A stretch of 32,000 bases of DNA from Prochlorococcus sp. MIT 0801 (GTDB taxonomy: Bacteria; Cyanobacteriota; Cyanobacteriia; PCC-6307; Cyanobiaceae), in assembly GCF_000757865.1 (NCBI RefSeq), contig NZ_CP007754.1:1470001-1502000 (forward strand), written 5' to 3'. Shown here one piece after another: positions 29,239 through 32,000 of this stretch; position 1 is the first letter of the stretch, and the number at the start of each line of letters is the position of its first letter. Both the position numbers and the translations under genes were made by a program. Below the pieces are notes generated by a model. That model searched no databases. It was given only the letters and a program-made list of their open reading frames with translations, and was not told the origin of the DNA.

Positions 29239-29335
29239 AATAAAAATTGGATTTAGGTACTAATTTTGCCTATAAGAAAGAAGATCCACCAGTGGTCAGA
29301 TCTATGAATAGCAGAATTTCTTAAAAGAGGAAAAC

Positions 29336-30280
29336 TTGCAAGTCACTTTTCTAGGAACAAGTTCAGGGGTTCCAACTCTAAATAGGAACGTATCAGCAAT
29401 GGTACTAAAACCTCCACAAAGATCAGAATTGTGGTTGTTCGATTGTGGCGAAGGTACACAGCATCAGTTCATCAGAAGCAATCTCAAGTTTTCTCAAATC
29501 AAAAAAATATTTATTACCCATATGCATGGGGATCATATTTATGGTCTGCCTGGACTTCTAGCAAGTATTGGATTATCAGGCAACAGCTCTGGAATTGAGT
29601 TGTACGGTCCAGCTTCTCTTAAAAACTTTATTGATTCTTGTTTATACAACAGCTCAAGCAGATTGGCTTACTCTCTCAAATTCCATAGAGTCGAAAGTGC
29701 TGCTACTAACAAAGAAATTTTGTTTGAAGATTCTGAGTTAGAAGTCAAAACTGCCCCACTCAAGCATCGAATCCCATCTTTTGCTTACAGAGTGAATCAA
29801 AAAACTAGACCAGGTAGATTCGATATAGAAAAAGCGAAGTCAAAAGGAATACCTCCTGGTCCAGTTTATGCAGACCTTCAGAGAGGGGAGGAAGTGAAAT
29901 TAGAAGATGGTCGCATTTTTTCTGGGAAAGAATTCTGCGGTCCGCCTAGACCTGGTGTAAGCATGGTTTATTGCACAGATACTGTTTATACAGAATCAGC
30001 AATTGAGATTTCTAGAAAAGCCGATCTACTAATCCATGAATCAACTTATTCATATAAAGAAACTGAAATGGCATATGAACGCGGACATTCAACTGCAACA
30101 ATGGCCGCTCAGATTGCTGCAAAAGCGAGTGTTGATCAACTAATTCTTACTCATTTGAGTCCAAGGTATACCCCTGGCAATCAAACATGTCCTAATGATT
30201 TGCTTAATGAAGCAAAAGCAATTTTTCCAAATACCCAGTTAGCAAGAGACTTTCTACAAATTGATATAAATAAAAGCTGA
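29336..30280 (+). CDS. rnz: Ribonuclease Z (tRNA 3' endonuclease)
   Basis: 314 aa. Metallo-beta-lactamase HMHGDH motif, [12 protein letters not shown]-terminus, and C-terminal [10 protein letters not shown] start preceded by AGAGGA. Confidence 0.92.
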   Translation: MQVTFLGTSSGVPTLNRNVSAMVLKPPQRSELWLFDCGEGTQHQFIRSNLKFSQIKKIFITHMHGDHIYGLPGLLASIGLSGNSSGIELYGPASLKNFIDSCLYNSSSRLAYSLKFHRVESAATNKEILFEDSELEVKTAPLKHRIPSFAYRVNQKTRPGRFDIEKAKSKGIPPGPVYADLQRGEEVKLEDGRIFSGKEFCGPPRPGVSMVYCTDTVYTESAIEISRKADLLIHESTYSYKETEMAYERGHSTATMAAQIAAKASVDQLILTHLSPRYTPGNQTCPNDLLNEAKAIFPNTQLARDFLQIDINKS

Positions 30281-30372
30281 AACTGCAACAGTTCGTGATC
30301 CCTTTGCCTATGAAATGCCTCTACATGAAACAATAGTCGAGTTTGGTGCTTCTTTAATCGCTGGCGTTATTA

Positions 30373-30921
30373 ATGAATTCTTTTATTTCTTCCCTGAAAA
30401 GGTCCTTTACAAGACTATTTGTCTTGATACCTGTGCTTGCAAGTCTCATTATTAGTCCTCTTTCTGTAAGTGCCTTGTATCCCAGCGATCCTTCTTCAGT
30501 GGAGAGCTTAGATACAAGCTTGGCTGGTAAGGACTTGCAAAATACAGAGTATGTAAAATACGACTTATCAGGAAAAGATCTTGGTGGGGCGAATTTCACT
30601 GGGGCTTATTTCAGTGTCTCAACTTTGAAGGACTCTGATCTAACAGGAGCAAACATGACCAATGTTATTGCTTATGCTACAAGGTTTGATAATGCGAACC
30701 TAACAAACGTAAATCTTACGGGTGCAGAGTTGCTTAAGAGTGTTTTTGATGGTGTAACCATTGATGGTGCTGACTTTACTGATGCTGTATTAGATAGAAG
30801 TCAACAGAAAAAACTCTGCGAAGTAGCGACTGGTAGCACAGCCGAAAGTCTTGGTTGTAGTACTACAGCTGCTGGATACGTGCCTGCGACCAAAGGTCAA
30901 GGTTTCAACCCAGGTACTTAA
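30373..30921 (+). CDS. Pentapeptide-repeat protein with a signal peptide (thylakoid-lumen/periplasm type)
   Basis: 182 aa. Hydrophobic N-terminus ending ...SVSA-LY. Tandem A(D/N)LxX repeats (ANFTGAYFSVSTLKDSDLTGANMTNVIAYATRFDNANLTNVNLTGAEL...). Confidence 0.85.
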   Translation: MNSFISSLKRSFTRLFVLIPVLASLIISPLSVSALYPSDPSSVESLDTSLAGKDLQNTEYVKYDLSGKDLGGANFTGAYFSVSTLKDSDLTGANMTNVIAYATRFDNANLTNVNLTGAELLKSVFDGVTIDGADFTDAVLDRSQQKKLCEVATGSTAESLGCSTTAAGYVPATKGQGFNPGT

Positions 30922-30934
30922 ATTCATCAAAGAA

Positions 30935-30985
30935 TTAATAACCAATAAAAAAAGGGCCAATGGCCCTTTTTTTATTGGTTATTAA
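30935..30985. terminator. Bidirectional intrinsic terminator (perfect 24-bp-arm palindrome)
   Basis: TTAATAACCAATAAAAAAAGGGCC-AAT-GGCCCTTTTTTTATTGGTTATTAA, centred on 30960. It has a GC-rich core stem flanked by A7/T7, so it reads as hairpin plus U-tract on both strands. It sits between two convergent genes. Confidence 0.85.
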
Positions 30986-30994
30986 CTAACTTTT

Positions 30995-31186
30995 TTACTT
31001 GGTCACAAGAAAGAAAGCCGCTGCAGCTCCTCCAACCGCAAACATAGGCAAACCAACTAACAAATGTGAGGTGCCAAAGCCAAATCCTTTTTGGCGCAGT
31101 ATAAAATAGCCAACTCCAGCAGCTCCAGCAGCTAAAGGAATAGCGGCAGTAGCTGCAGAAGCAACAGCGTGATAGTCGAAGTTCAT
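30995..31186 (-). CDS. 63-aa Gly/Ala-rich two-TM membrane protein, hypothetical
   Basis: ATG start. Two hydrophobic segments (AATAAIPLAAGAAGVGYFIL and LLVGLPMFAVGGAAAAFFLV). Locally GC-rich codons in an AT-rich genome suggest real coding. It ends 9 bp before the bidirectional terminator. Confidence 0.6.
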   Translation of the reverse strand: MNFDYHAVASAATAAIPLAAGAAGVGYFILRQKGFGFGTSHLLVGLPMFAVGGAAAAFFLVTK

Positions 31187-31229
31187 CCCTGTGTTGAAAT
31201 TTAATTACTTACAATTATCCTTCAAATTT

Positions 31230-31252
31230 GAAAAATGGTATGAAATCATACC
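31230..31252 (-). terminator. Possible weak terminator after the 129-aa ORF
   Basis: On the minus strand, GGTATGA-TT-TCATACC (31237-31252; the effective stem is about 5-6 bp) is followed by ATTTTTC. Confidence 0.35.
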
Positions 31253-31310
31253 CGAAATGCCTCATATCTTCATCACTTTAAATCCAAAAAGAATTTCCTT
31301 TTTTCAAAAC

Positions 31311-31700
31311 TCATGCCACTTGAGGTGCAATATTTGAGCTATCTCTAGAACGTGGATGCTTGCTATACCACCATTCCTGAATATTCGTATCTAAACGACT
31401 AGAGAATAAAGTCAAAATAGTTTTTGTTGGTTTCACTCCTGGTTGGATAATCTCAACCGAATATGATGGACACTTTTGAGCGGCAATATCAGCAACCAAT
31501 CTTTTCCCAATTCTCCTCCAACTAGGCTCCTTACTTCGCCATGAGAGCCTGCAACAAGGCCAAGGTAATTCCTCACGGTCGTAGAGACGACAACATGGTC
31601 CTAGAACCCTAAAACTAAATTGACCACCAATACTTGAATGAATAGAACCATGATCTAAAAGACCTTGAACTTTATTTGTTGGCAAAACTTCTGAAATCAA
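31311..31700 (-). CDS. 129-aa Cys/Trp/Arg-rich hypothetical protein with a duplicated PCCRL motif
   Basis: This is the only long ORF in any frame here, and its GC is locally elevated. It contains GPCCRLYD...PWPCCRLSW. There is no in-frame ATG anywhere, so the start must be non-canonical (TTG at 31700, or TTG at codon 6). I do not recognise the family. Confidence 0.55.
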   Translation of the reverse strand: MISEVLPTNKVQGLLDHGSIHSSIGGQFSFRVLGPCCRLYDREELPWPCCRLSWRSKEPSWRRIGKRLVADIAAQKCPSYSVEIIQPGVKPTKTILTLFSSRLDTNIQEWWYSKHPRSRDSSNIAPQVA

Positions 31701-31808
31701 TTAGAAACTAAGTAATTTTATTTGCGCCCATGAGCACATAAATAAGAGGTTGGCGAGAAAGGAGATCTTTGGCAAGCAAAACGATGAAAATCTGGCGAAA
31801 AAATTAAT

Positions 31809-32000
<192 letters not shown>

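Noticed and set aside
29311-29332. An imperfect hairpin, AGATCCACC-AGT-GGTCAGATCT, in the spoIID-rnz divergent spacer.
   Set aside because: It has an 8-bp interrupted stem and a 3-nt loop, with no associated T-tract or repeat copies elsewhere in the window. It is not distinguishable from chance.

Overview
This is an AT-rich, tightly packed chromosomal segment that reads as core genome of a marine picocyanobacterium, most likely a low-GC Prochlorococcus. The taxon call is an inference from three things: kaiB-kaiC with no kaiA, cyanobacteria-specific conserved genes, and a streamlined layout. I can support about 36 protein genes, one tRNA-Gly(UCC) and a few hairpin terminators. Left to right: hup (HU); glgX; tRNA-Gly; a co-directional block of GPH sugar transporter (melB/glcH-like), MlaE-like permease, two conserved hypotheticals and plsY; pyrF and tyrS; a GIY-YIG-like hypothetical; pepA; a translationally coupled envelope operon bamA-lpxC-fabZ-lpxA-lpxB with a signal-peptide msrA attached at its 3' end and purC 45 bp upstream of bamA; purD-nblS; the reduced clock locus kaiC-kaiB; rplU-rpmA; a SAM methyltransferase; truB; a SpoIID/LytB-domain gene; rnz; a lumenal-type pentapeptide-repeat gene; two small hypotheticals; and a 5'-truncated petF ferredoxin at the right edge. 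I found no rRNA, CRISPR array, transposase, integrase, phage gene or recognisable defence gene. I do not see a convincing novel multi-gene system here; this looks like an ordinary core region. The points most worth a second look are modest. They are the 733-bp ORF-free hup-glgX spacer, which holds a 40-codon sORF behind a near-perfect Shine-Dalgarno; the half-uncharacterised GIY-YIG-like protein; a Cys/Trp/Arg-rich 129-aa protein with a duplicated PCCRL motif and no in-frame ATG, next to ferredoxin; an exported MsrA coupled to the lipid A/BamA operon; the orphan MlaE-DUF-DUF-plsY block; zero-spacer or overlapping convergent gene pairs, including nblS/kaiC; and a high share of obligate TTG/GTG starts. 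All homology calls come from motifs I recognise by eye in the supplied translations. No database search was run.
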